Assembly (NCBI GenBank): GCA_937952215.1
Contig: CALFZH010000042.1
Location: 43,840 to 107,839 of the forward strand
Source of the DNA: an uncultured bacterium
GTDB taxonomy: Bacteria; Planctomycetota; UBA1135; UBA2386
DNA: 64,000 nt
Direction: 5' to 3'
Shown here: one piece after another, positions 8,545 through 17,614 of the stretch
Numbering within the stretch: position 1 is the first letter of the stretch
How the letters are laid out: each line of letters opens with the position of its first letter
Position numbers and translations under genes: made by a program
The notes under the pieces: model-generated
Told to the model about the DNA's origin: nothing
Databases searched by the model: none
What the model saw: only the letters and a program-made list of their open reading frames with translations

Positions 8545-10884
8545 ATGGGCCAGATCTCCATGCCGGTCGTCGTCGCGGTGGCAGTCGCCATCGCTGTCCC
8601 CCTGACCACCGTGTTGGCGCCAGCGCTGGTCGTCGCCACCGACGTGCAGTTACCGGGCACGCAACCTCTCGGCGTCAGCACCCTGCCGCTACCCTCGCAG
8701 TGCGACAACTGCCACAGCGGCTTCGACCCGATCAGCGAACCCGATCGGCCGTGGCGCGGCAGCATGATGGCGCATGCCGGACGCGATCCGGTGTTCTGGG
8801 CGACCATGGCGATTGCCGAGCAGGACTTCCCCGGGAGCGGCAACTTCTGCCTGCGTTGCCATACGCCGCGGGGGTGGCTGGAGGGAAGAGTCGACGCCGC
8901 CAGCAACGGCTCGCAACTGACCGCAGCAGATGCGAATGGCGTCGAATGCGGTATCTGCCATCAGCTGACGAACCCCGACCGCAGCGAGCACATCGGGCAG
9001 CAGGTGGCTCCGTACCTCGCTCATGACGGCGGCACACCGCCGACCGGGTTCTACGGCAGCGGCATGATGGTGCTGCTGGGCGGCAACACGCGCCTCGGAC
9101 CCTATGCACAGGCCAACGCTGCGCCGCATGCCTATGCGCAGTCTCACTTCCATCGCGACTCAGCTCTGTGCGGCACCTGCCATGATGTTTCGAACCCGGT
9201 GGTCGGCGACCTTGCCCACAATCACGGCTCGCTTGACCCACTCCCGGCAGGCTCGTTCAGCGGCGTCCCCGGCTCGCCGGTGACCACCAAGGCGGCGTTC
9301 CTCAACCAGCCGTACAGCTATGGCGTTGTCGAACGTACGTTCAGTGAGCACCAGTCCAGCGCCTTCGCGAATCTGCGCGTCCGCGACTACGACACGCTGC
9401 CCGACGAGCTGAAGCGCGGCATCCTCGCCAAGGCACGAGGCCAGGCACTGCTGGCCGGCACGCAAGGCGATCACGCCGACGGTGCGCCGCGACTGTTCTC
9501 CTGCCAGACCTGCCACATGCTGCCGGTCGTCGGCAAGGGTGCCAAACAGGCCCAAGCGCCGGTGCGGACCGACCTGGGCACACACGACCTGACGGGTGGC
9601 AACACCTGGGTTCCGGACCTGATCCAGTGGTTCGACCAGAACGGCTTGCTCCGACTCGGCGGCGGACTGTCCACGCTGGAGCGGCAGGCGCTCGATGCCG
9701 GCAAGCTGCGGGCCCGAGCGATGCTCAAGCTGGCTGCGGCTCTGGATATCGACGGCGACAACCTGCGGGTCGTCAACCTGACCGGCCACAAGCTGTTCAC
9801 CGGCTATCCCGAAGGCAGGCGGATGTGGCTTCGCACAACGTGGCTCGATCGCTTTGGGGGCTTGGTCCGTGTCGACGGTGCCTATGGTCCGCTGGCGGTG
9901 AACGTGCAGGGCACACCGCATGTGGTCGAGACCCTGCTCGATCCGGGTGATCCCAACCTGCGCCTCTACGAAGCCAAGCTCGGCATCACCCAGCAGTGGG
10001 CCAGCCAGCTGTTGGGTTTGGGGGTTCCGGGCTCCTTGCCGCTCGGCTACGACCGTACCACTGGCACAGTCCAGGGAACTCTCGGCGCGCTGGCCGCGGC
10101 ACCGCCGGGCACCACCGTGTCGACCTTCCACTTCGTGCTCAACAACACGGTGGTGCAGGACAACCGGATCCCGCCCTACGGCATGCGCTACGACGACGCG
10201 CGGCCGCGCAATGCCGTGCCGACGCCGATCGGCCAGTATGGCGCGCCCGGTCCCGGTGGGACCTACGCGCATTGGGACACCGTGGCCCTTGCACCGCCGC
10301 CCGGCGCGGTCCGTGCCGAGTTCGAACTGCTCTACCAGGCGAGCAGCTGGGAGTACATCCAGTTCCTGCTGCTGGCGAACACCCAGCAGGATCCGTTCCT
10401 CGCGATGACGGGGCAGAACCTGTTCAACGGCTGGCGCCAGACAGGCATGTCGGCCCCCGAGCGGATGGCGACGGCGAGTTGGTGCCGCCTGCCCGGCACC
10501 GGCGACGACTTGTATCTGCGCAGCGGTCGGGCCGGCGAGCCACTCGACGCCAACTGCGCCAAGACGATCGCCGGCGGACAGACCTTGCGACTCGAAATCG
10601 GCAGCTCCGGAGGCACCTTCGTCGGCGGGCTGGCCGCGTTTGCACTGCAGGTCTTCCCGCCATCCGGCCCGTGGCCGACGGAGCTGCTGCCGGGAGTCCA
10701 ACTCGACCGCGCCGACATCCTTGTCGCGGTGGCCGCCCTTCCAGCAGCCGGCGCCACGCTCGACATCCCGGTCCCGGCAGCCGTGAGCGACCTCATGGTG
10801 CGAGCACAGGGACTGGTGGTCTCGGAACTGACGCTCAGTGGCTTCCTCGGCACGTCACCGGCGCACGACTTCTTCGTGCCTTGA
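8545..10884 (+). CDS. Pentaheme c-type cytochrome domain protein with a large heme-free C-terminal region
   Basis: Track ORF of 779 aa. Signal or TM segment MGQISMPVVVAVAVAIAVPLTTVLAPALVVA. CDNCH, CLRCH, CGICH, CGTCH and CQTCH all fall within the first ~325 aa. The remaining ~450 aa have no CXXCH. Confidence 0.85.
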   Translation: MGQISMPVVVAVAVAIAVPLTTVLAPALVVATDVQLPGTQPLGVSTLPLPSQCDNCHSGFDPISEPDRPWRGSMMAHAGRDPVFWATMAIAEQDFPGSGNFCLRCHTPRGWLEGRVDAASNGSQLTAADANGVECGICHQLTNPDRSEHIGQQVAPYLAHDGGTPPTGFYGSGMMVLLGGNTRLGPYAQANAAPHAYAQSHFHRDSALCGTCHDVSNPVVGDLAHNHGSLDPLPAGSFSGVPGSPVTTKAAFLNQPYSYGVVERTFSEHQSSAFANLRVRDYDTLPDELKRGILAKARGQALLAGTQGDHADGAPRLFSCQTCHMLPVVGKGAKQAQAPVRTDLGTHDLTGGNTWVPDLIQWFDQNGLLRLGGGLSTLERQALDAGKLRARAMLKLAAALDIDGDNLRVVNLTGHKLFTGYPEGRRMWLRTTWLDRFGGLVRVDGAYGPLAVNVQGTPHVVETLLDPGDPNLRLYEAKLGITQQWASQLLGLGVPGSLPLGYDRTTGTVQGTLGALAAAPPGTTVSTFHFVLNNTVVQDNRIPPYGMRYDDARPRNAVPTPIGQYGAPGPGGTYAHWDTVALAPPPGAVRAEFELLYQASSWEYIQFLLLANTQQDPFLAMTGQNLFNGWRQTGMSAPERMATASWCRLPGTGDDLYLRSGRAGEPLDANCAKTIAGGQTLRLEIGSSGGTFVGGLAAFALQVFPPSGPWPTELLPGVQLDRADILVAVAALPAAGATLDIPVPAAVSDLMVRAQGLVVSELTLSGFLGTSPAHDFFVP

Positions 10885-10943
10885 GTGCGCCGGCGACGCG
10901 GCCGCCGGCCTCGTGGTGCATCCGTGACGGACGCCGTGCGAAC

Positions 10944-11351
10944 ATGGCCACGATGGCCGGCACGTTCACGTTGCTCTACGACTCGCTGTGCCCGATCTGC
11001 CGGCGCGAAGTCCACTGGCTGAAACGGCGTGATCGCGACGGTCGGTTGTCGACGATCGACATCGCCGCCCCCGGCTTCGACCCGGCTCCGCTCGGGTTGT
11101 CGGCTGAACGCGTGGTCGCGCGCCTGCACGGCATCCAGGCCGACGGCACCGTCGTCGAGGGCATGGCGGCGATGCGCGGCGCGTGGCGGGCGGTCGGGCT
11201 CGGCTGGCTGATCGCGCCGACCGGCTGGCCGCTGCTGCGCTACCTGTACGATGGCCTGTATGTCGTGTTCGCGCGCTACCGCGTGCCGCTCGGTCGCCTG
11301 TTCGGCCGGCGCGCGGCGAGCTGCGACACGGACCGCTGCGCGAGCCGTTGA
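10944..11351 (+). CDS. Thiol-disulfide oxidoreductase, DCC family (DUF393-like)
   Basis: Tail of track ORF 9996..11351 from the ATG at 10944: MATMAGTFTLLYDSLCPICRREVHWLKRRD... The N-terminal YDxxCxxC motif followed by W is typical of DCC proteins, and the C-terminal end is hydrophobic. Confidence 0.75.
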   Translation: MATMAGTFTLLYDSLCPICRREVHWLKRRDRDGRLSTIDIAAPGFDPAPLGLSAERVVARLHGIQADGTVVEGMAAMRGAWRAVGLGWLIAPTGWPLLRYLYDGLYVVFARYRVPLGRLFGRRAASCDTDRCASR

Positions 11352-11444
11352 GCGAACGTCACGGCACTGCCTGGCGCGCAGCCAGCGCGGCCGCTTGGGG
11401 ACGATGCGGCTGTCACTGGTAGTGCCCGGTTCGGGCGCGCCGGC

Positions 11445-11960
11445 TCAGCGCGCGCCGCCCGCCAGCGGTTCCTTCGCCGCGATGCCGGCGGTGTACTTCG
11501 CGTACAGAAACACGTTGGCCTTCAGGTTGCCGAGCTGCGCTCGGATCAGCGGCTCGACGTGGGCCCAATCGAGGCCACCGACGCCGGTCGCGAGCCGCGG
11601 CAATGCGACACTGCCGATCTTCTCGGCCTCGATCAGCTTCTTCAGTTCGTGCAGCGCGTGGTTGACGTGCTCGGTCTTGGCGCGGCCGGGGTGACCGCCG
11701 ACGCGGGCGGGCGGATCCTGCGTCATCAGGTTGGCGATGCGCACCTTCTGGCCCTTGCCGTCGACGCCCTGCCACAGCCACAACGAGCCCGGCTTCGGGT
11801 TGTTCTGGTGGCAGAAGTTCCGGAAGTCCTTGTGCATGCCCGGGAACCGCTCCCGCAGGGCGAGGGCGAGTCCGGACTTCCAATCGTCGTTGGGGGCAAC
11901 GCCGTGGGCGAGCAACTCGGCCTTGCTGAGGAGAAGGTCACCTTCGAGAGAGTGAATCAT
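11445..11960 (-). CDS. Macro domain protein (ADP-ribose binding/hydrolase family)
   Basis: Track ORF of 171 aa. Contains LLAHGVAPNDDWKSGLALALRERFP and GSVALPRLATGVGGLDW, which resemble the conserved macro-domain loops (xGxGlA and iPriGcGlgGl). Confidence 0.75.
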   Translation of the reverse strand: MIHSLEGDLLLSKAELLAHGVAPNDDWKSGLALALRERFPGMHKDFRNFCHQNNPKPGSLWLWQGVDGKGQKVRIANLMTQDPPARVGGHPGRAKTEHVNHALHELKKLIEAEKIGSVALPRLATGVGGLDWAHVEPLIRAQLGNLKANVFLYAKYTAGIAAKEPLAGGAR

Positions 11961-12032
11961 GGACCGCGCATCTTCGCATGCGCCGCACGTGGCAGCACTC
12001 TTACTGATGCGAAGGGCTGGGCCGGCTCAGAA

Positions 12033-13832
12033 CTACGGTACGCGCACCAGCAGCCGATGCCCTGGACCGACGCACGCGAAGAACCGGCCGTCCGGCGAGA
12101 AACCGTGGCAGTAGCGCGCGGGTCGCTCGTGCGCCTGGCCCAGGGTCCGCGCGGTGCCGCGCGTAACGGTGATGGCTCCGGCCACCGCACCGTGCGCCGT
12201 CCGGTCGCGGCGCTGCGACAACATCAGACCCACCGCGACCTGATCCCAAGGCAGCAACTCGCCGTCACCATCCCAGCGTTGCCGCCGCGCCTGCGGCTCG
12301 GCGACCAGAGCGTGCGGCGTCGCTTGCCAGGTGCCGGTTGGCGTACGCGTCCAGAGGGTCTCCGTTTGGTTCTGGTTCTCGCTTTCGGCCAGGAGGGGCG
12401 TCCAGCGCACCAGGCAGCGCTCGGGGCCGCGGCCGCCGAGCAACCAACCGGCGGGTGGCGTGGTGACGGCCGAGAACTGGTTGCCTGCCGCGTCGCGCCC
12501 ACGCTCCGAAGTCGCCCCACAGACCGTCTCCCGCTGCGGCGGCACGTTGCCGACGGGAAACGTCCAACGTTCGACCGCGGCGCCGAGGAAGCCCACGAAG
12601 ACCGATCGATCCCCAGCCGGTTCGAGCGCCACCGGCAGGCCGGGCTCACCATCGATCGCGTGGACCACCGCCGGTGCGATGGAGGCCCCTGGCACGGCGT
12701 CGCCGCACAGGAACACTTCGATCGCTTTGCCGCGGGCGACCAGCAATGTCGTCGCGTCGAGGAAGTGCAGCGCTGCGGTGCGATCGATCGCGCCCTGCAG
12801 GTCGGTCGCCAGCGACGGATCCTCGCGCTGCAGATCGCGCAGTTCGACCACACCGCGGGCGCCCGGCATCGCGACGAAGCGCCCGTCCGGCGAGAACGCC
12901 AGGGCGGTTCCCTCGTCGTCGTAGCCTAGGAACGCAGCTGCTCCGTGGGCTGCGAAGTCCGAATGTGGCCCACGCGCCGCGCCGAGCAGTTCGAGTTCGA
13001 TGCGCGGCCCCGGTTGCTCCGCCTGCTGTGCCGACAGTCGCACGATGCCGGCGGCGGCTGCCGTCGGCCCGTGCGGGACCGCGATCGCCGCGGAGCAGCG
13101 CACCAGCAGGGAGTCGTTCAAGTACAGATCGAAGGGCAGGTTGAACACCGGCCGGGGACCGGCGTCGCCAGCCGGCGCGGTCGCCGCCGCCCACGGCGTC
13201 GCCTGCGCGAAACCGGGCTCGAGCACGAGACTGCGCCGCCACAGCAAGCGGATGTCGAGTGGCACGCTGGCGACCTCGCCGAGCAGCCGCTTCAGGATCG
13301 GATCCGAACTGAGCAGGTTGCAGATCTCGAGCAGCTGCAGCGTCGCGACCGCCACCGGCAACGGATCGTTGCGCTGCTGTGCGAGCACACCGGCGGTGAA
13401 GCTCGACTCGAGGATCGCGTCGAAGGTGTCGATGCGCGAGCGCTGCAGTTCGGTGCCGGCGGCATCGGTCAGCAGCAGCCGCAGGCCCATCTTCCGCGTC
13501 GGGCGCGACGCCAGGCGTCGTTCCGGTTCCTTCTGCCGCACGAGGATCAGGTGCGTGTCCAGCCTGGGGTCGTCGCGGTCCACCTCGAGCTGCAACAGGC
13601 GCCGGGTCACGCGTTCGCCGTCGTGCAAGGTCACGCCGTAGAGCAGCCGGTCACCGTGCCGCAGGCCCCGTTCCCCGCCGAGGTCGAAGCCCGGCAGCAG
13701 CGACGTTGCGCCCGGAAAAGCCGTTGGTGGGCTCGTCGCCGCGAGCACCACCGCGGGCACGTCCTCCGGCCGCACTGCGCGGCAGGCGCCGAATGCCATC
13801 AACACCAGGAGCGACCAGCGCGTGCTGTGCAC
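12033..13832 (-). CDS. Large hypothetical exported protein with beta-propeller-like C-terminal half
   Basis: Track ORF 12033..13904. The in-frame GTG at 13832 gives VHSTRWSLLVLMAFGACRA (signal-like). The C-terminal half contains FSPDGRFVA and FSPDGRFFA motifs typical of WD40/TolB-type blades. The N-terminal half has no motif I recognise. Confidence 0.7.
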   Translation of the reverse strand: MHSTRWSLLVLMAFGACRAVRPEDVPAVVLAATSPPTAFPGATSLLPGFDLGGERGLRHGDRLLYGVTLHDGERVTRRLLQLEVDRDDPRLDTHLILVRQKEPERRLASRPTRKMGLRLLLTDAAGTELQRSRIDTFDAILESSFTAGVLAQQRNDPLPVAVATLQLLEICNLLSSDPILKRLLGEVASVPLDIRLLWRRSLVLEPGFAQATPWAAATAPAGDAGPRPVFNLPFDLYLNDSLLVRCSAAIAVPHGPTAAAAGIVRLSAQQAEQPGPRIELELLGAARGPHSDFAAHGAAAFLGYDDEGTALAFSPDGRFVAMPGARGVVELRDLQREDPSLATDLQGAIDRTAALHFLDATTLLVARGKAIEVFLCGDAVPGASIAPAVVHAIDGEPGLPVALEPAGDRSVFVGFLGAAVERWTFPVGNVPPQRETVCGATSERGRDAAGNQFSAVTTPPAGWLLGGRGPERCLVRWTPLLAESENQNQTETLWTRTPTGTWQATPHALVAEPQARRQRWDGDGELLPWDQVAVGLMLSQRRDRTAHGAVAGAITVTRGTARTLGQAHERPARYCHGFSPDGRFFACVGPGHRLLVRVP

Positions 13833-14039
13833 CGGCGCAGGATACTCCGGCGAGATCGGGGCCGGCCACGATCGGCGCGCATCGCATTCGCGACCGCGTT
13901 GCACTCTGCGGTGGCTGCTGAGCGTTGGCGTTCCGCGCCCAGGTTGCGCTGGTCGTCAGCGGTACTCGTTGGCGCCGTACTGGCAGCAGGCCGGAACGCA
14001 GGCATCGACGCGGACGAGCCACTGCCCGACAATCGGCGC

Positions 14040-14273
14040 ATGGATCGCAACCGGATGTTCGCCCTGGGGACGTGGATTCCCGCGGCGTTTTGCTTCGTGC
14101 TTGCCGTGCTGCAGTTCGTGTACTCGTTGACGGCGTCCGGCATCTCCACGGCCTTCTTGTTCTTCCTGCCGATGTGCTTCGTCTTTGCCGGCATGGAGAA
14201 CCTCGCGCTGCATCGCCGCCTGGTGGCGCTCGAGGCCCGGTTGCCACCGAGTGCGCCTCAGCAGCCGAGCTGA
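14040..14273 (+). CDS. Small membrane protein (77 aa), function unknown
   Basis: Tail of track ORF 12945..14273 from the ATG at 14040: MDRNRMFALGTWIPAAFCFVLAVLQFVYSLTASGISTAFLFFLPMCFVFAGM..., giving two hydrophobic helices. Confidence 0.55.
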   Translation: MDRNRMFALGTWIPAAFCFVLAVLQFVYSLTASGISTAFLFFLPMCFVFAGMENLALHRRLVALEARLPPSAPQQPS

Positions 14274-14409
14274 CGGCGCTCGTGCATCAGGGGTTCGCGC
14301 GCCGCGAGCTGCGTTCGAATCCCTCTCCCTCCGCCGTGCTTTCGACCCGAACGGCACGCAGAGGCGTCGGTGGCCCGAGGCCGCGCGTGCTCGCCTGTGC
14401 CGCAGCCGA

Positions 14410-16662
14410 CTACGGCCTCACGTGCAGGAACAGCGGCTCGGTCACTTCCGCGCACCCCGCAGGCGTCAACATCGCTCCCTGGATCACCAGGGTCACAGGA
14501 GTCAGCAGTGGCGGGAACGGCACGTAGACCCTGAGTGGGTCGCCGAACGCGATCACAGCCGCAAACGCAGATGCCGGGCCGATGTAGTAGGGCACTGGCG
14601 AGCAGAACATTGGCGGCAGGCCGACGGGAAACGGCCGCGGCACGAGCGCGAAGTCGAAGAACGTCGCCGCGATTTGGGGTGGTGGTTGGATGGGCACATC
14701 GAAAGCAACCTGCAACGGCAGCGGGCTGGCGCCGACGGCCGGCATCTGCTCGACGACCATGGAGTAGCCGGACGTACCCAGCACTGCCTCGCCGAGGTGC
14801 TGCTCGATGTCGAGGGTGCGGTCGATCGCCGCAGCGGTGTTCGTCGTGCCGCCGAACATCAGCGTTCGGCCGGTCGCGACGTGGAACGTGGCCGCTGCGT
14901 TGCTCGTCGGCGACGGCAATACCCCGAACGATGGCTGCCAGGAGTCCCCGTCCCATTCCCAGCGGGCATCGAACCGGTTGGACGTGTTCGGATCGATGCC
15001 GCCGTCCAGGATCGTGCGTCGCTTGATCGGGTCGTAGACCATCGTTGCTTGCACACGCATCTCCGGTGCGAACGGGTGGTAGACATAGGTCCACTGATAG
15101 GTGTTGAGGTTGAACTCCTCGGTGCCAGGCACCAGGACGCCCTGAGCGTCTCGCCCCCCGTAGACGACCAGCCGATTGCGATCGGGATCGAACGCCATGG
15201 CATGTCCTTCCCGAAACGTCGGGGCCGGGTACGAGCCGAGCCAATGGGGGTTGGCATTGGAGTACTGGTAGGCATAGAGCTCGGCCGACGCCGGTTGGGC
15301 GCCGGCGATGCCCCCGCGAAGCCACACCAACCCGTTGTTGTCGGCCGCGGCTGCGGCGTTGCGACGGAAGAGCACATTCCATCCCAAGGTGGGGTTGGGC
15401 CGCTGCGTCCACGTTCCGGCAATGAAGGTCCAGTAGTCCGTCAGCAACGTGCCGTTGGTGGCGATGCCCCCGAAGAGGAACACTTCGCCCGGGGCCGGCG
15501 AGACCATGACTCCGCCAAAGCGAGGCGGCGGTGAAGCCCCTGCCAACTGCTCCCAGCGCTGGCCATCGAACTGCCAGGTGTCCCCGAGAGCCGTGCCGGC
15601 GGCGGAGCGACCGCCGAACATCAGTGGGCCGTTCACACCATCGTCAACGAGCATCGCCTGGCTGCGTGCCGGCGGCGTGACGGTCGACTCGGTCTGCACA
15701 CTCCAGTCCGAGCCGTCGAACACCCAGATGTCCTGCCTCGTGACGAACGTGTTGTCGCGACCGCCGAACAGCACGCACTGCTGACGGGCTTCGTCGTAGA
15801 CCAACGTTGCGCCATCACGGGCCGGGGGACTCGTGAGAGTCGAGACCGTCGTCCACTGCACACCGTCCCATTCCAGCGTCTCCGCGATCACTGCACCGCT
15901 GACTCTGCCGCCGAAAGCGACCACCTTCTGGCGGGCCGAGTCGAAGGCGAGAGCTCGCCCGGTAGCGAACGTCGCGGGGGCTGTAGTCGGGGTCCACACG
16001 GAGTTGGCCCAGGTGAAGGCCCCCATGTCCGTCAGCAGCAAGGGGCCGCGCGCGGGATGGAAGACGAACCCGCCGAAGTGGTCGCCGGCCGCCGGCAGTG
16101 GAATCGGTTGCCAGGTCTGGAACGGCGCCATCGTCCATGCCGTCACAGCCGGCGGACTGGTCTGCTCGAACACCAGAACGGCCTCGTTCGCGTTGGCGTC
16201 GTAGACCATCGCCTTGCGCATGACCCCGACGCTGCTCGGAACCGGCACACCCGCTGGCTGCGCCGGGAACCAGCTGCCGTCGCGGATCAGCGTGCCGACT
16301 TCCGGGCTCCACGCGAACGCCGTGGGCACGCTGTCGGGTTGCGGGTAGGGCATCGGGCAGATGGCCGGGTTGCCGGAAGTGCCTGGGCCGCCTGGGTAGG
16401 GACCGGTGATACCCTGATCCCCGGGAAACAGGACACCCCCGCGCCCGTGCCATTCCGCGACGCCGTTCTGGCTGCTGATCACGATGCGGTTGGTTTGGCG
16501 ATCGAAGTACCCGCCGCCGGGCACCCAATCGACGCCAGGAGCCCGACCCCGCTGAAAGCCAACGTTCCACTGTGCGGTCGCAACGTCGGCGCTGGCGATC
16601 GCCGCTGCCAACGCAAGGGCCAGCCCGGAAGCCGAGGGGATGTGATCGCGGAGGTTGGTCAT
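14410..16662 (-). CDS. Secreted Kelch-like repeat beta-propeller protein with shared C-terminal module
   Basis: Track ORF of 750 aa. Signal GLALALAAAIASADVATAQ. Repeated units of the type ALAFDSARQKVVAFGG, TLVYDEARQQCVLFGG, AMAFDPDRNRLVVYGG and W-x-W/F-DG. C-terminal module ends ...VPFPPLLTPVTLVIQGAML...LFLHVRP. Confidence 0.85.
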   Translation of the reverse strand: MTNLRDHIPSASGLALALAAAIASADVATAQWNVGFQRGRAPGVDWVPGGGYFDRQTNRIVISSQNGVAEWHGRGGVLFPGDQGITGPYPGGPGTSGNPAICPMPYPQPDSVPTAFAWSPEVGTLIRDGSWFPAQPAGVPVPSSVGVMRKAMVYDANANEAVLVFEQTSPPAVTAWTMAPFQTWQPIPLPAAGDHFGGFVFHPARGPLLLTDMGAFTWANSVWTPTTAPATFATGRALAFDSARQKVVAFGGRVSGAVIAETLEWDGVQWTTVSTLTSPPARDGATLVYDEARQQCVLFGGRDNTFVTRQDIWVFDGSDWSVQTESTVTPPARSQAMLVDDGVNGPLMFGGRSAAGTALGDTWQFDGQRWEQLAGASPPPRFGGVMVSPAPGEVFLFGGIATNGTLLTDYWTFIAGTWTQRPNPTLGWNVLFRRNAAAAADNNGLVWLRGGIAGAQPASAELYAYQYSNANPHWLGSYPAPTFREGHAMAFDPDRNRLVVYGGRDAQGVLVPGTEEFNLNTYQWTYVYHPFAPEMRVQATMVYDPIKRRTILDGGIDPNTSNRFDARWEWDGDSWQPSFGVLPSPTSNAAATFHVATGRTLMFGGTTNTAAAIDRTLDIEQHLGEAVLGTSGYSMVVEQMPAVGASPLPLQVAFDVPIQPPPQIAATFFDFALVPRPFPVGLPPMFCSPVPYYIGPASAFAAVIAFGDPLRVYVPFPPLLTPVTLVIQGAMLTPAGCAEVTEPLFLHVRP

Positions 16663-16931
16663 GCCGGGTGTAGTGCGGAAACCGCGCCGGCCATGCGCAG
16701 GAATTCGGAAGGCGCATCAGGAACTCGTGGGGGGTAGCTGCGACTTCGTCGGGCTTCCACGAGCGAACGGCGATGCGGTCTGGCGTGCCGGCGGACCGCG
16801 GCGTCGGGCGCCGATGGCTCCCGCCACGTGCTCCCGCTCAGGGACAGAACCGATCGGGATCTGCGCGCCATCCTCGATCGCCGCCTCGCGCCGTCGCCGA
16901 GCGGCGTCGCATCAGCACGCAGCGGCGCGGA

Positions 16932-17519
16932 TCACTCTCGGTCGAGGATCGCCGACAGCGCAACCAACGAGCGCGACAGCAGCGTGCGCACCGCATTCTC
17001 GGTGCGTCCCAAGATCCTGGCGACCTCGGGGATCGGGAGTTCCCCGAGGCGGGCCAGCGCGATGACCTCGTGCTGCTCGGGCTTGAGTTGGTCCAGCGCC
17101 CGATAGAGCGCCTCGCCCGCCTCGCTGCCGATCGCCACGCGGCTCGGCGAAGCCAGCCCTGCACGAGGGTCGACGATGCCCTCCATTTCTGCCGACTCGC
17201 GATCGTGTTGGCGCTTCTTCGTGCGCTGGCTGCGGAGGCGCATGCGCACCTTGTTGACGGCGGCGGTGAACAGCCAGCTACGGAAGCGCGCCTCCCCCTG
17301 CCAGGTGAAGTCCGGCCCGGCCTGCAGCAGTTCACGGCAGGTCGACTGCACGAGGTCGGCGACCGACTCGTTGAGCCGCTGCTCGGCATCGATCTTCGCC
17401 CGCAGGAACGCGTGCAGCCGCGGCAGGTAGAGCACCAGCATCCGGTCGATGCTCACGGCGTCGCCGCGCGACGCCGATTCGGCCAAGGCTCGATCTGCGC
17501 TGTCGTTGGTCTCGGTCAC
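16932..17519 (-). CDS. ECF-type RNA polymerase sigma-70 factor
   Basis: 3' part of track ORF 16932..17810 from the GTG at 17519 (VTETNDSADRALAE...). Region 2-like sequence DLVQSTCRELL...FRSWLFTAAVNKVRMRLR. Region 4 HTH LKPEQHEVIALARLGELPIPEVARILGRTENAVRTLLSRSL. Confidence 0.85.
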   Translation of the reverse strand: MTETNDSADRALAESASRGDAVSIDRMLVLYLPRLHAFLRAKIDAEQRLNESVADLVQSTCRELLQAGPDFTWQGEARFRSWLFTAAVNKVRMRLRSQRTKKRQHDRESAEMEGIVDPRAGLASPSRVAIGSEAGEALYRALDQLKPEQHEVIALARLGELPIPEVARILGRTENAVRTLLSRSLVALSAILDRE

Positions 17520-17614
17520 CGCGGGTTGCTTCGCCGAAAATCCGGCCGCACGCCCGCAAGACCCGGGCGCGGCCGGCACTGTACCATCCAGACTCCCGCC
17601 TCGCTGGCCGCCGG

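Noticed and set aside
11352-11444. Possible intrinsic terminator between the convergent DCC and macro genes (CTGGC-GCGCA-GCCAG)
   Set aside because: The stem is only 5 bp with no U-tract, which is too weak to call.
11445-13832. DarTG-like toxin-antitoxin interpretation of the macro-domain locus
   Set aside because: The partner gene is a 599-aa signal-bearing protein with no DarT/ART-like motif that I can see. Its size and predicted export argue against a classic TA pair.
14285-14337. tRNA-like string GCGTTCGAATCC, a T-loop look-alike, between two convergent genes
   Set aside because: The flanking bases cannot form a T-stem (CTGCG versus CCCTC) or a matching acceptor stem. I could fold no cloverleaf on either strand. 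It could at most be a decayed tRNA 3' fragment, which I cannot support.
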